Assembly: GCA_016235455.1 (NCBI GenBank)
Contig: JACRKZ010000093.1
Location: 9,225-73,224, forward strand
Source of the DNA: Armatimonadota bacterium
Lineage (GTDB): Bacteria > Armatimonadota > UBA10988
DNA: 64,000 nt
Direction: 5' to 3'
Under the pieces are notes generated by a model that was given only the letters and a program-made list of their open reading frames with translations, had not been told where the DNA came from and ran no database searches. This document shows positions 10,568 through 24,063 of this stretch, in pieces. Position 1 is the stretch's first letter; the number at the start of each line of letters is the position of its first letter. The translations under genes and the position numbers were made by a program.

Positions 10568-11884
10568 CTACACTTTGTCGGGCTCGGGCACGGTGAACGC
10601 CGCGGGGCTGTCGTGCCGAGCCAGCAGTGCATTGGCCTGCTCGTCGCCGGGGAAGACCATCTTCTTGGGGTCGAAGGTCAACGTGCGGCCACAGCGATAG
10701 GCGATGTTGGCCAGCGCGCAGAGCTGCGCCGACAGCACGCCCTCGCTCACCGGGCAGTTCAGGTCCTCGGACTTGCGTGAGCGCACGCAGTCGATGAAGT
10801 TCTGGAAGTTGTCGCCGCCGGCGCCGCCCACCGCGGGCAGCTTCTTGTCCTTGGGCCGGTCGATCACCCCGGTCTCTGTGCGCAGTGTGTAGTTGTCGCC
10901 ACTGCTCATGTAGCCGGCCGTGCCGTAGACCAGGTTGCCGATGCTGACCTTGGCCTCTTGATGCGTTGGCAGGCCGCGCACCTCGAACTGCAGTTCCACG
11001 CCATCGGGGTAGCCGAACGTGGCGAACTGCGTGTTGGGCGTCTCGCCGTCGTCGGTGTAGCCGTACCGCCCGCCAGCCGAGGACACGGTGGTCGGCGCGC
11101 CGCGGTTGAGGAACCAGCGGGCCTGGTCCATCTGGTGGACGCCCTGGTTGCCGATATCGCCGTTGCCGTACTCGAAGAACCAGTGCCAGTTGTAGTGTAC
11201 GTAGCGCTCCGAGAAGGCGCGGTGCTTGGCTGGCCCCTGCCAGACGTCCCAGTCGAGCCAGTCGGGCACGGCCGAGTCGGGCTTGATGCCAAGCGACTTG
11301 CGCGGCTTGAAGCACAGGCCGCGGCTCAGGTAGACCTGACCCAGGTCACCGTCCCACACCCGGCCAACCGCCGTGCGCGCGCCACCGTTGGCGCGGGTGT
11401 GGTCGTGGCCGATCTGCACGATGCGCTTGTACTTCTGCACCGCGGCGATAAACGATTGCCCTTCGGCCACGCCCCAACACGCCGGCTTCTCCACGTAGGC
11501 ATCCTTGCCCGCCTGGCAGGCCCAAATGCCCGCCAGCGCGTGCCAGTGGTTGGGCGTGGCGGTGAAGATGCAGTCGATCTCTTTATCCTCGAACAGGCGG
11601 CGCAGGTCCTGGTAGGTCTTGGGCCGACGACCGGTCTTCTTCTCGAGCGCCGCCGCGCCGCGCTCGAGCACGCGCTTGTCGACATCGCACAGCGCCACCA
11701 CGACGACGTCTTTCATCTTCAGGCAGGCGTCGATATGCGCCTGGCCACGGCCATTGAAGCCGATGACGGCGGCACGGACGGTGTTGGCCTGCGCCGTGGA
11801 CGACGGCGCGGCGCTGAGAATGGTCAAGCCGGCGGCGGCCAGGCCACTCGAGCGCAGGAAGTCACGACGATCCAGAGTGCTCAT
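10568..11884 (-). CDS. Tat-exported Gfo/Idh/MocA family oxidoreductase
   Basis: Tat signal MSTLDRRDFL; IGFNGRG, TPNHWH, YVEKP, NQGVHQMD. The real start is 11884, not the ORF-track 12802. Confidence 0.92.
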   Translation of the reverse strand: MSTLDRRDFLRSSGLAAAGLTILSAAPSSTAQANTVRAAVIGFNGRGQAHIDACLKMKDVVVVALCDVDKRVLERGAAALEKKTGRRPKTYQDLRRLFEDKEIDCIFTATPNHWHALAGIWACQAGKDAYVEKPACWGVAEGQSFIAAVQKYKRIVQIGHDHTRANGGARTAVGRVWDGDLGQVYLSRGLCFKPRKSLGIKPDSAVPDWLDWDVWQGPAKHRAFSERYVHYNWHWFFEYGNGDIGNQGVHQMDQARWFLNRGAPTTVSSAGGRYGYTDDGETPNTQFATFGYPDGVELQFEVRGLPTHQEAKVSIGNLVYGTAGYMSSGDNYTLRTETGVIDRPKDKKLPAVGGAGGDNFQNFIDCVRSRKSEDLNCPVSEGVLSAQLCALANIAYRCGRTLTFDPKKMVFPGDEQANALLARHDSPAAFTVPEPDKV

Positions 11885-11895
11885 GGCAGGCTCCC

Positions 11896-13164
11896 TCAGG
11901 CAGGCAGGCTGTAGCCGGCGGCATACGACGGTCGGGCCAGCAGTTTGTCGGCGTCCGGCGCGTCCACGAAGCGGCCCGCGGCCGGGTCGAAACGCAAGGC
12001 CCGGCCGAGTTTCAGGCTGATGCCGGCCAGCGCAATGTACTGCGCGGTGCGCACACCCGCCAGCAGCGGGCAGTTCACGTCGGCCGGCGCGTTGGCGCGC
12101 ACGGCCGCAGCGAAGTTGGCGACCACGTCGCTGCCGCCCGCGCCGGGCAGCTTGACCTGGGGCAGGCCTTCGGGCGCCTTGCCTTTGCCATCGTAGTCCA
12201 GGTGCGGCTCGAAGCCGTCGGCCTCGGTCAGCCAGCCGGTGGCGCCGTAGGCCATCGCGCCCACGCGCAGGCCGACCTCGTCCGGGCTGGGCAGCCCACG
12301 CACCTCGACAGCCAACGACCGCTTGTCGGCCAGGGTGAAGACCGCGTGTTGCACGTTGGGCGTGTCGCCCGGCACATCCTTGCCGAAGCGGCCGCCCGAG
12401 CTGTGCACGGCGATGGGCAGATCGGCGCCGCCGAGCAGCCAACGGGCGCTGTCGAGCGGGTCGAGCGCGCCGTCGCCCAGTTCGCCGTGCCCAAGCGCGC
12501 CGTAATGAGTCCAGCCACCGCTCAGCAGGCCGATGTTGAAGGCCAGCTTGCCCACGGGCCCTTGCCACTGGGGCCAGTGCAAAGTCTTGGGTGGGGCCGC
12601 GTCGCGGGTCGCCACCGTCGGCACATACGGCCGGTAGCAGATGGCGCGGGCGGTATGCACGGCGCCGACCACACGGCTCTGGGCGCGCACCACGCCGCCG
12701 CGCACGGCCGCCGCGGTGCGGTTGTCGTGGCCAACGGCCACGATGCGGCCCGAGGCTTTGGCCGCTTCCAGCAGGCGTTCGCCCTCGGCGAAGGACCAAC
12801 ACACCGGCGGCTCGACCAGCACGTCCTTGCCCGCGCGCAGGGCCATCAGCGTGGCCAGCGCGGTCCAGTGGGTGGGGACGGCAATGATCACGGCCTTGAC
12901 GGTCGGATCAGCCAGGAGTCGGTGCAGGTCAGCCTGCGGCTTGATGCCGGCGGGTGCCGTGGCCCAGGTCGTCTCGTCGACGTCGCAGGCAGCCACGAGT
13001 CGGGCATCGGCACAGGCTGCGAGTTGGGCCAGGCGCTGCAGGCCGCGGCGACCCAGGCCAACCAGACCGACACCCAGCGGCGCCGCCTGGGCCCGAGCCG
13101 CGGCGGTGGCGGCGGCCAGCACGGCCGCCTGTCCCGCGCCGCGCAGGGTAAGCGAATCACTCAT
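11896..13164 (-). CDS. Gfo/Idh/MocA-like paralog with degenerate catalytic motifs
   Basis: VGLGRRG Rossmann motif, collinear with the downstream paralog; EKP replaced by EPP, catalytic H absent. Confidence 0.85.
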   Translation of the reverse strand: MSDSLTLRGAGQAAVLAAATAAARAQAAPLGVGLVGLGRRGLQRLAQLAACADARLVAACDVDETTWATAPAGIKPQADLHRLLADPTVKAVIIAVPTHWTALATLMALRAGKDVLVEPPVCWSFAEGERLLEAAKASGRIVAVGHDNRTAAAVRGGVVRAQSRVVGAVHTARAICYRPYVPTVATRDAAPPKTLHWPQWQGPVGKLAFNIGLLSGGWTHYGALGHGELGDGALDPLDSARWLLGGADLPIAVHSSGGRFGKDVPGDTPNVQHAVFTLADKRSLAVEVRGLPSPDEVGLRVGAMAYGATGWLTEADGFEPHLDYDGKGKAPEGLPQVKLPGAGGSDVVANFAAAVRANAPADVNCPLLAGVRTAQYIALAGISLKLGRALRFDPAAGRFVDAPDADKLLARPSYAAGYSLPA

Positions 13165-13217
13165 GGGGCTTCCTCACTGGCCTGGAGGTTGGCCGGTGAC
13201 GCCCCGAATCCTTCTGG

Positions 13218-13601
13218 TCAGGCCAGTTCGTCGGACAGCAGGCGGCCTACGAGCTCGATCAGGTGCTGCGGCTCATAGGGCTTGGTAAGGTAGATGTCCG
13301 CGCCGCGGATGAGCCCCTCGCGTTCGTCGCTGTCCTGACCAAGCGCGGTCAGCATGATCACGGGCGTGTCGCGGAGTTCCGGGTCCTCACGAATGCAGGT
13401 CAGCACGTCCCACCCGCTCAGCTCGGGCATCATGACATCCAGGACCACCAGATCGGGCCGGTGGGCCTCGATGGCTTCGATGGCTTCGCGTCCGTCATAC
13501 GCCTCGATGACCTCATAGCCGGCGTATTCGAGATTGTGCCGGATGGCCAGCACAATCAGCTTCTCGTCATCGACGGCCAGCACTCGTTTTTTGCCCGCCA
13601 T
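13218..13601 (-). CDS. Single-domain response regulator (receiver)
   Basis: VLAVDDE, LVVLDVMMPELSG, MLTA, YLTKPY; alternative ATG at 13610. Confidence 0.92.
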   Translation of the reverse strand: MAGKKRVLAVDDEKLIVLAIRHNLEYAGYEVIEAYDGREAIEAIEAHRPDLVVLDVMMPELSGWDVLTCIREDPELRDTPVIMLTALGQDSDEREGLIRGADIYLTKPYEPQHLIELVGRLLSDELA

Positions 13602-13832
13602 GCGCCCCATCCTACGCGTTCATGCTACCACACCACCACCGCCGACGCAACGCGACACTCTCCCGGCCCGTGCGGCGCGGCGCCGTGCGCCACGCGGTGC
13701 GACCGGACGCGGTTAGCCCTCAACCACCGCGCTCGTGCACCGCGCTCGCGTGCGCCGCGAGCGCGCGATTGCCACGGCGCTGAGCCTCCGCTACAATCGT
13801 GCCTGCAACCAGGTGGTGGAAAGAGGCAAGGC

Positions 13833-14672
13833 GTGGACTTCGTCAAGCTGCACGGGCTAGGCAACGACTTCCTGATGATCGACGCGAGGGATAAGGCCGG
13901 CGTCGACTGGGCGGCCCTGGCGCGCTCGGCTTGCCACCGGAACTTCGGTGTTGGCGGTGATGGCTTGCTGCTCCTCCTGCCCAGCACGACATGCGACTGG
14001 CGGTTGCGCATCATCAACAGTGACGGCTCCGAAGCCGAGATGTGCGGCAACGGCATCCGCTGCTTCGCCAAGTGGCTGCGCGACCGAGGACTGGAGACGC
14101 GTGACACCTTCACCGTGGAAACCCTGGCTGGCATCATCACGCCCACCATCGTCGACTACGACGGCGGCGCCACCGCGCTGGTCGCCGTCGACATGGGTGA
14201 GCCACGCCTCGCGCCAGATCAGATACCGTTCGCCGCGGACCCAGGCACCGAGCAGGTGGTCGGCGCGCTGCTGCAGGTGGACGAGGAGCCGTTTCTGATC
14301 ACTTGCGTCTCCATGGGCAATCCGCACTGCGTGCTGTTCGTCGACGACCTGGACCAAGTCTCGGTGGAATCCTGGGGGCCGCAGATCGAACGGCACCCAC
14401 GCTTCCCGCAGAAGACCAACGTCGAGTTCGTGCAGGTGCACAACCGCCAGGAGATGACCATGCGCGTGTGGGAACGCGGCGCGGGCCGGACTCTGGCCTG
14501 CGGCACGGGCGCGTGTGCCTCGCTGGTCGCGGCCGTGCTCACGGACCGCGCCGATCGCGAGGCTGTGGTGCACCTCGACGGCGGCGATTTGCGCATTGCC
14601 TGGCCGCTGGCCGACAACCGCATCGTGATGACGGGCCCGGCCACCACCGCCTTCTGGGGCTCGCTGGCCTGA
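13833..14672 (+). CDS. dapF: Diaminopimelate epimerase
   Basis: KLHGLGNDF, NSDGSEAEMCGNGIRC, SMGNPH, ERGAGRTLACGTG; GTG start at 13833. Confidence 0.97.
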   Translation: MDFVKLHGLGNDFLMIDARDKAGVDWAALARSACHRNFGVGGDGLLLLLPSTTCDWRLRIINSDGSEAEMCGNGIRCFAKWLRDRGLETRDTFTVETLAGIITPTIVDYDGGATALVAVDMGEPRLAPDQIPFAADPGTEQVVGALLQVDEEPFLITCVSMGNPHCVLFVDDLDQVSVESWGPQIERHPRFPQKTNVEFVQVHNRQEMTMRVWERGAGRTLACGTGACASLVAAVLTDRADREAVVHLDGGDLRIAWPLADNRIVMTGPATTAFWGSLA

Positions 14673-14718
14673 CCAGGACCACCGGCTCGGGTCGCGCACG
14701 TGTCCGAGCCACAACCCA

Positions 14719-14943
14719 CTACGACTCACCCTCCTCCTTGGCCCCCCGCGGGCCGCGCGCGATGAACCGCTTGAGCCGCCGTTCCAGCTGCGCGCGCGGC
14801 AGCCACACCTGATGGCCGCAACCAGCGCACTCTATCTTGAAGTCCGCGCCGCTGCGCATGACCAGCCAGTGGTTGGCGCCACAGGGATGGGCCTTGCGCA
14901 ACTCCAACTCGTCGCCAACGTAGATGGGCAGGATGTCAGCCAC
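14719..14943 (-). CDS. DUF951 family small Zn-binding protein
   Basis: VGD.LELRKAHPCG..W...R.GADFKIECAGCGH. Confidence 0.88.
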   Translation of the reverse strand: MADILPIYVGDELELRKAHPCGANHWLVMRSGADFKIECAGCGHQVWLPRAQLERRLKRFIARGPRGAKEEGES

Positions 14944-15030
14944 CAGGCTCGCCTCCGGATCTCAAATCTCGGCAAGCCGCTCTGTGAGCGGTGTAGCGCA
15001 TACATTCCGGGAGTATTACGGGAAAGTCGC

Positions 15031-15059
15031 TTGACAGTTAGCGACGCTCTGCCTATACT
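15031..15059 (+). promoter_or_regulatory. rrn P1 sigma70-type promoter
   Basis: TTGACA-17nt-TATACT. Confidence 0.85.
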
Positions 15060-15193
15060 CCGGACCTGTCGCCGGTGAGGCCGGAGACGGGGGGCGAAGC
15101 GAAGCCGCGAGGCGGAGCGAGCCCAGCACCTAGATACCAGAGATCCTGGGAGCAGCGCAAGGGCGGCGAGAGCGGCCGGAGCTGAAGAAGGGG

Positions 15194-15222
15194 TTGACAG
15201 AGAAGACCAACTCAGGTAGACT
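15194..15222 (+). promoter_or_regulatory. rrn P2 sigma70-type promoter
   Basis: TTGACA-17nt-TAGACT, in tandem with P1. Confidence 0.8.
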
Positions 15223-15266
15223 GAGAAATTGGTCGTCCGCGATACGGGCGATGAACCGGAAGCGGC

Positions 15267-15292
15267 GGTACCTTGAAAACTGAATAGCGTAC
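15267..15292 (+). other. 16S processing-stem 5' arm with boxA-like sequence
   Basis: GGTACCTTGAAAACTGAATAGCGTAC pairs with 16898-16923 (GTACGCTATTCAGTTTTCAGGGTACC), one G-U. Confidence 0.8.
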
Positions 15293-15310
15293 ATTCCACG
15301 ACCAAGCGTC

Positions 15311-16839
<1,529 letters not shown>

Positions 16840-16951
16840 GGGACACCTGGTACCAGATGAGAGTCTGGCATCAATCCCAGGTCGAGCGGTTGACAAAGTA
16901 CGCTATTCAGTTTTCAGGGTACCCCTCGGTAGCCAGGCGGCTTTGCCCGAT

Positions 16952-17025
16952 GGGCTAGTAGCTCAGATGGTTAGAGCGTCCGGCTGATAACCGGGAGGTC
17001 GGTGGTTCGAATCCACCCTGGCCCA
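16952..17025 (+). tRNA. tRNA-Ile (GAT)
   Basis: Acceptor GGGCTAG/CTGGCCC, anticodon loop CTGATAA, T-loop GTTCGAA; located in the ITS; CCA not encoded. Confidence 0.97.
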
Positions 17026-17035
17026 TGAGAGTGTC

Positions 17036-17108
17036 GGGGATGTAGCTCAGCTGGGAGAGCAGCTGCTTTGCACGCAGCAGGTCACCGGTTCGAGCCCGGT
17101 CATCTCCA
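17036..17108 (+). tRNA. tRNA-Ala (TGC)
   Basis: Acceptor GGGGATG/CATCTCC with G3-U70, anticodon loop TTTGCAC, GTTCGAG. Confidence 0.97.
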
Positions 17109-17292
17109 ATGATCCGGTCCAGGCAACTGGGCGGGGCCAACAACCAGATTGAGGCAGGAAGTCCGGCACAGCCGGGCGGAGGGCCCCATAGCCCGCTTGG
17201 CGGGCGATGTACCTAGACAACTGAATATGGATAGCGCAAGCTGTAGCCGTGATACCGAGTTTATACAGCCCCTGACCTTTGGTTCAGGGGAA

Positions 17293-20214
<2,922 letters not shown>

Positions 20215-20345
20215 ATTCCCCTGAACCAAGGGTCACAGGCCTACAGCAGCGTCACCGCAAGCGGTGACGTCAGGCTCCGCTTCCGCGGAGCCGACCCGCG
20301 CGCTATCCAAACACCGCCAGGCTGAGCCTGGTGTGTGCCAAGTTT

Positions 20346-20461
20346 CCGGGTGGCCATAGCGGAGGGGTCACACCTCTTCCCATTCCGAACAGAGCCGTTA
20401 AGCCCTCCTGCGCCGATGGTACTGCACGGGCGACTGTGTGGGAGAGTAGGTCGCTGCCCGG
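20346..20461 (+). rRNA. rrf: 5S ribosomal RNA
   Basis: CCGGGTGGC...CCCATTCCGAAC...GATGGTACT...GAGAGTAGGTCGCTGCCCGG. Confidence 0.97.
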
Positions 20462-21889
20462 TTCCTTTCTGCGCGTAGAGCTTGCTCGGGCGTTCGCTTC
20501 AGGCGTTGGAGTGCTGCCCCGCGGCGCGCCGAGCCTCAGGCAGGCCCGCTCCGCGTCGACGGGTACACCGCTAGGCGGCGTCGGGCCTGCAGGGAGGCCC
20601 GCACGCGCAGCAGGCCTCCTCGGTTCTGCGGTGTCCCGCGGGCTGGCCTGACCAGTGAGCACCTGCCTATGAGATACGAGGGCTCGGGCGGGCCCTTGCG
20701 GGGCGAGCGGGTGCGTGGTGTGGTCGACAACACCGTGTTCGGCGGCGGACAGGCGCCCATCTTGACTGGCTGGGCCAGGCCTTGAGGATCACCTCGTGTT
20801 CCCCGGTTCGCTGCGGAGTACGGAGCGCTGGGTGACCACGGCGCAGACGGCACTGTTTGGGGCTCGTGCATGCACCGGCTCGGCGGCGATGCTGGACCGA
20901 GCCATGTCAACTGCAGAGCGGTAGCCGAGGGCCGGAGCGTCGGCTGTGGCCGCTGGCCGTGACGGCTCATTGCTGGTGGTGGACGCAAAGGATGGCCGGA
21001 CGGCGTGTGCGGTGCCTGCGGACCGGTCGCGGCCCACGGAGGCCTATGGGCGGAGCAAGGCGCGGGACACGTGGTCAGGCGGTCACAGAGCCAAGTCGTC
21101 AGCGGCTCGGCGGGGCCCGTCCAGGAGCCATGGCCGCAGAGCGAGTGGCATGGCGCTGCGATTGGCCCGCTTGCCTGGTTGCTGCCCGTGTCGCGTTGCC
21201 GATTGCGGTCGCGAAGAGGACCCTAGCCAGAATGCCAAGTCAGGGGCCAGGTGGACCCGGGTGAGGCCGCGCGCTTCTACTTATGGGGGCGCATCGACCG
21301 GTGCCCAGCCTACGCCGCCGTAGCCCGGCTCCTGGGCAAGCCGTCCGGGTCAGCGCTATCCTGGCCATCAGCAGCGCAGCACGCCTGTCTGCACGCCCTT
21401 GCGCAACACGGGAAGCGACCGCGGCCCCCTGGTCAGCACGCCGAGTCAGGCCTACCAGACTGCGCCGAGCAGCGCGCGCGGGGCAGGCAGGCCACCGTCT
21501 CGCAGTGAGGGTGCCGCGCACGTCGCGCCGCAGCCTCTAGCACCACAAGCTCTTGACGAGCAGTGCCCACAGACGCTCCCGGGCGTTTCGGCCCACGCTT
21601 CGACGATGCATGCTTCAACAGCGCTTGTGCACCTGGCCGGTGTCCAGGCTGGAGGGCAGCTGGAATCAAGCGACACACGCATGAAGGTCGGGCACTCATT
21701 GCTGCTCTCCCAGAGCGGCTCCGCCTACGCCAAGTCGCCCCTTCCGCGACAGGAGGCCAACACGGCGCCAGGCGAACGGAGCCCGCTGTCCGAGGCCTCG
21801 GTGTGCTGCCCTTGCCCTCTCTGCCCGGCGGGCCGCGCTTGCGCTAGATCCGGCCTATGGCGCCCGGTGACCAGGTCTCCCGCCCGGAG

Positions 21890-22120
21890 TCTGCGAGCCG
21901 AGCTCCTAGCGGGCGACGATGTCGACCTGCCTGGCAGGGCCTGGGCCGCCGACCCGCGAATCATCGCAGCCTATCGGGACGCAGCCGCACCACACGCGGG
22001 CCGTGTGCCCAAGCGCACCGTCGACGTGGCGGTCAGGGACGGGGTGGCGGGCTTCGCCGACGGTCGCGCTCCCGATGCCATGGCTGACCCGCTGCATCAT
22101 ACTATCCGCACCATGCCATG
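21890..22120 (+). pseudogene. Remnant of an NAD-dependent epimerase/dehydratase (C-terminal part)
   Basis: 22005-22115 reads VPKRTVDVAVRDGVAGFADGRAPDAMADPLHHTIRTM, resembling the C-terminus of extended SDR sugar epimerases as I recall it; no intact Rossmann N-terminus. Confidence 0.5.
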
Positions 22121-22137
22121 GCTGGGGATGCGCTATC

Positions 22138-23589
22138 GTGACCACCAGACCACGCCCCCTGCGGAGCGTCATGCTCTGTCAGCCCAACTTCGCCTGGTGC
22201 GGCCGCCGCACCTGGAACCTGCTGCCCTACGGCCTCGGCCTGCTCAACGCCTGCCTCAAGCAGCGCGGCTACGACTCATGGCTGCTTGACCCCAACGCCG
22301 CCAACCTGAGCGAGGAGGAGGTGCGGGCCGAACTGCGCCGCACGCGGCCTGACGTGGTGGGCATCACGACCTTCTCAAGCGAATACCTGGACGAGCCGCG
22401 CATCATGAGCCGGCTGGTCAAGGAGGAGCTGCCCGAGACGCTGGTCATTCTGGGCGGGGCGCTGCCGACGGTGTGGCTTGAGGCGATCATCGACGACCCA
22501 AACATCGACTACCACGTGACCGCCGAAGGCGAGTACCGCCTGCCGGCCTTGCTCGACGCCCTCAACCGCGGCGATGCTCCGGCGCTGGCCACCATCGATG
22601 GCCTGGCCTCGGCGCACCCGGTGCCCTTCGAGCGGCCGTCGGCCGGCTTCGTCGAGGACCTGGACGCGCTGCCGGTACCCGACTACGGCGGGCTGGACCT
22701 CGCGGACTACACGGAGTACCGCCACGTGCAGGCGCACACGGTGCTGCCGCGCCAGTGGCCCTATGAGACCACCATCACCAGTCGCGGCTGTCCCTATCGC
22801 TGCTGCTTCTGCGCCGGCCGCACCGTCAGCGGTGCCCGCGTACGCCTGCGAAGCGCAGCCCATGTGCTGGCCGAGGTCGACCTGATGCTGGCGCGCGGCA
22901 CGCGTGAAGTCATCTTCCTCGACGACCACTTCCTGGCCAATCGCGACCGTGCTCTGGCCATCATGGCTGGCATCCACGAGCGCGATCCCCAGATGACCTG
23001 GAAGTGCGTCAATGTGACGCTTTGGCATCTGGACGAGGAACTGCTGGCGGCGATGCTGGCCAGCGGCTGCAACCAGATCACCGTGTCCGTTGAGTCGGGC
23101 AACCAGCAGGTGCTGCGCGACATCGTGCACAAGCCCATCCAGTTGCCGACCGTGGCCCCGTTGCTGGCCAGGGCGCAGGCCATGGGCTTCGAGATCGCCG
23201 TCAACTTTGTCCTGGGCTTCCCCGGCGAGACCTGGGAGCAGATCCGCGAGACGGTATGCTTTGCTGAAGCACTGCCGGCCGACCTGGTGCTGTTCCACAT
23301 CGCTACACCCATGCCGCGCACCGAGTTGTGGGACGTCTGCCAGCGCGAGGGCTGCCTGGCCGAGGAGGCGTCGTCGGCGGGGTACACCACGGGCCGCATC
23401 TCCACCGACGAGTTCAGCCCGCAGGACCTGCAGATCCTGCGGGCCTACGAGTGGGATCGCATCAACTTCGCCAGCCCTGAGCGCCGCGCCCGCATTGCGC
23501 GCATGTCTGGCTTGACGCTGGACGAGCTCGATCAATGGCGGCGCCGAAGCCGGCGGCAACTCGGCCGCGTGCTGGCGGGGCAGGCCTGA
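22138..23589 (+). CDS. B12-binding domain radical SAM protein
   Basis: PYGLGLL..PDVVGIT..ILGGALPT..EGE cobalamin domain; TSRGCPYRCCFC; FLDDHF; VESGNQ; FVLGFPGET. Start uncertain (GTG 22138 or ATG 22171). Confidence 0.92.
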   Translation: MTTRPRPLRSVMLCQPNFAWCGRRTWNLLPYGLGLLNACLKQRGYDSWLLDPNAANLSEEEVRAELRRTRPDVVGITTFSSEYLDEPRIMSRLVKEELPETLVILGGALPTVWLEAIIDDPNIDYHVTAEGEYRLPALLDALNRGDAPALATIDGLASAHPVPFERPSAGFVEDLDALPVPDYGGLDLADYTEYRHVQAHTVLPRQWPYETTITSRGCPYRCCFCAGRTVSGARVRLRSAAHVLAEVDLMLARGTREVIFLDDHFLANRDRALAIMAGIHERDPQMTWKCVNVTLWHLDEELLAAMLASGCNQITVSVESGNQQVLRDIVHKPIQLPTVAPLLARAQAMGFEIAVNFVLGFPGETWEQIRETVCFAEALPADLVLFHIATPMPRTELWDVCQREGCLAEEASSAGYTTGRISTDEFSPQDLQILRAYEWDRINFASPERRARIARMSGLTLDELDQWRRRSRRQLGRVLAGQA

Positions 23590-23603
23590 GCGGACGTAGG
23601 TCG

Positions 23604-24056
23604 ATGACCAATCCGGCAAAGATGCGGCGTGCCATGCTGCGCGTCCGGCGCGTCGCGGAAGCTGTCGCCGTCGGTGTCTGCGCGGTACCGGCGCCACAAG
23701 ACCACGGGCTCAGCGCGCGCCGCTCGCACGAGCACTGCCTGATGCGCGGCGGCGACCCGGCGGTCATGATGGCGGAGCCGCATGGGCGGGTCAATGCACC
23801 TGATCGGCCTGCGCGTGGTCTGCCTGGGCGCCGTGCTCATCGTTGGCAGGCCCAAGCCTTGCGCGCTGCAACATACCAGTGAGGCCAGCCGTGGAAGCCT
23901 GATCAGTCTGAAGACCGCGGCCACGTTGCGCGACCGGCTGGCGCGCCGGTTTGTCAACTTGTTCAGCTTCGCGATGAACGACGATGTCGTACACACCGGC
24001 TGCGCGCCGGTGGCCGACTGCCTGCCGGCCATGGCGGTCGGCCAGCAGGGGCTAGG
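23604..24056 (+). pseudogene. Degenerate class I SAM-dependent methyltransferase remnant
   Basis: GAVLIVGRPK...SLISLKTAATLRDRLARRFVNLFSFAMNDDVVHTG resembles the F.MNDEVVHTGF-type C-terminus of glycan-cluster methyltransferases; N-terminal SAM motif missing or frameshifted. Confidence 0.5.
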
Positions 24057-24063
24057 AGCCGCC

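Noticed and set aside
10568-12802. 744-aa oxidoreductase ORF
   Set aside because: The N-terminal 300 aa are an alternative frame of the upstream paralog; the real start is the Tat signal at 11884
16952-17108. tRNAs without encoded CCA
   Set aside because: Common in many bacteria; CCA is added post-transcriptionally
23782-24063. N-terminal extension of the TPR-radical SAM ORF
   Set aside because: Better explained as an in-frame methyltransferase relic; a clear RBS precedes the ATG at 24064
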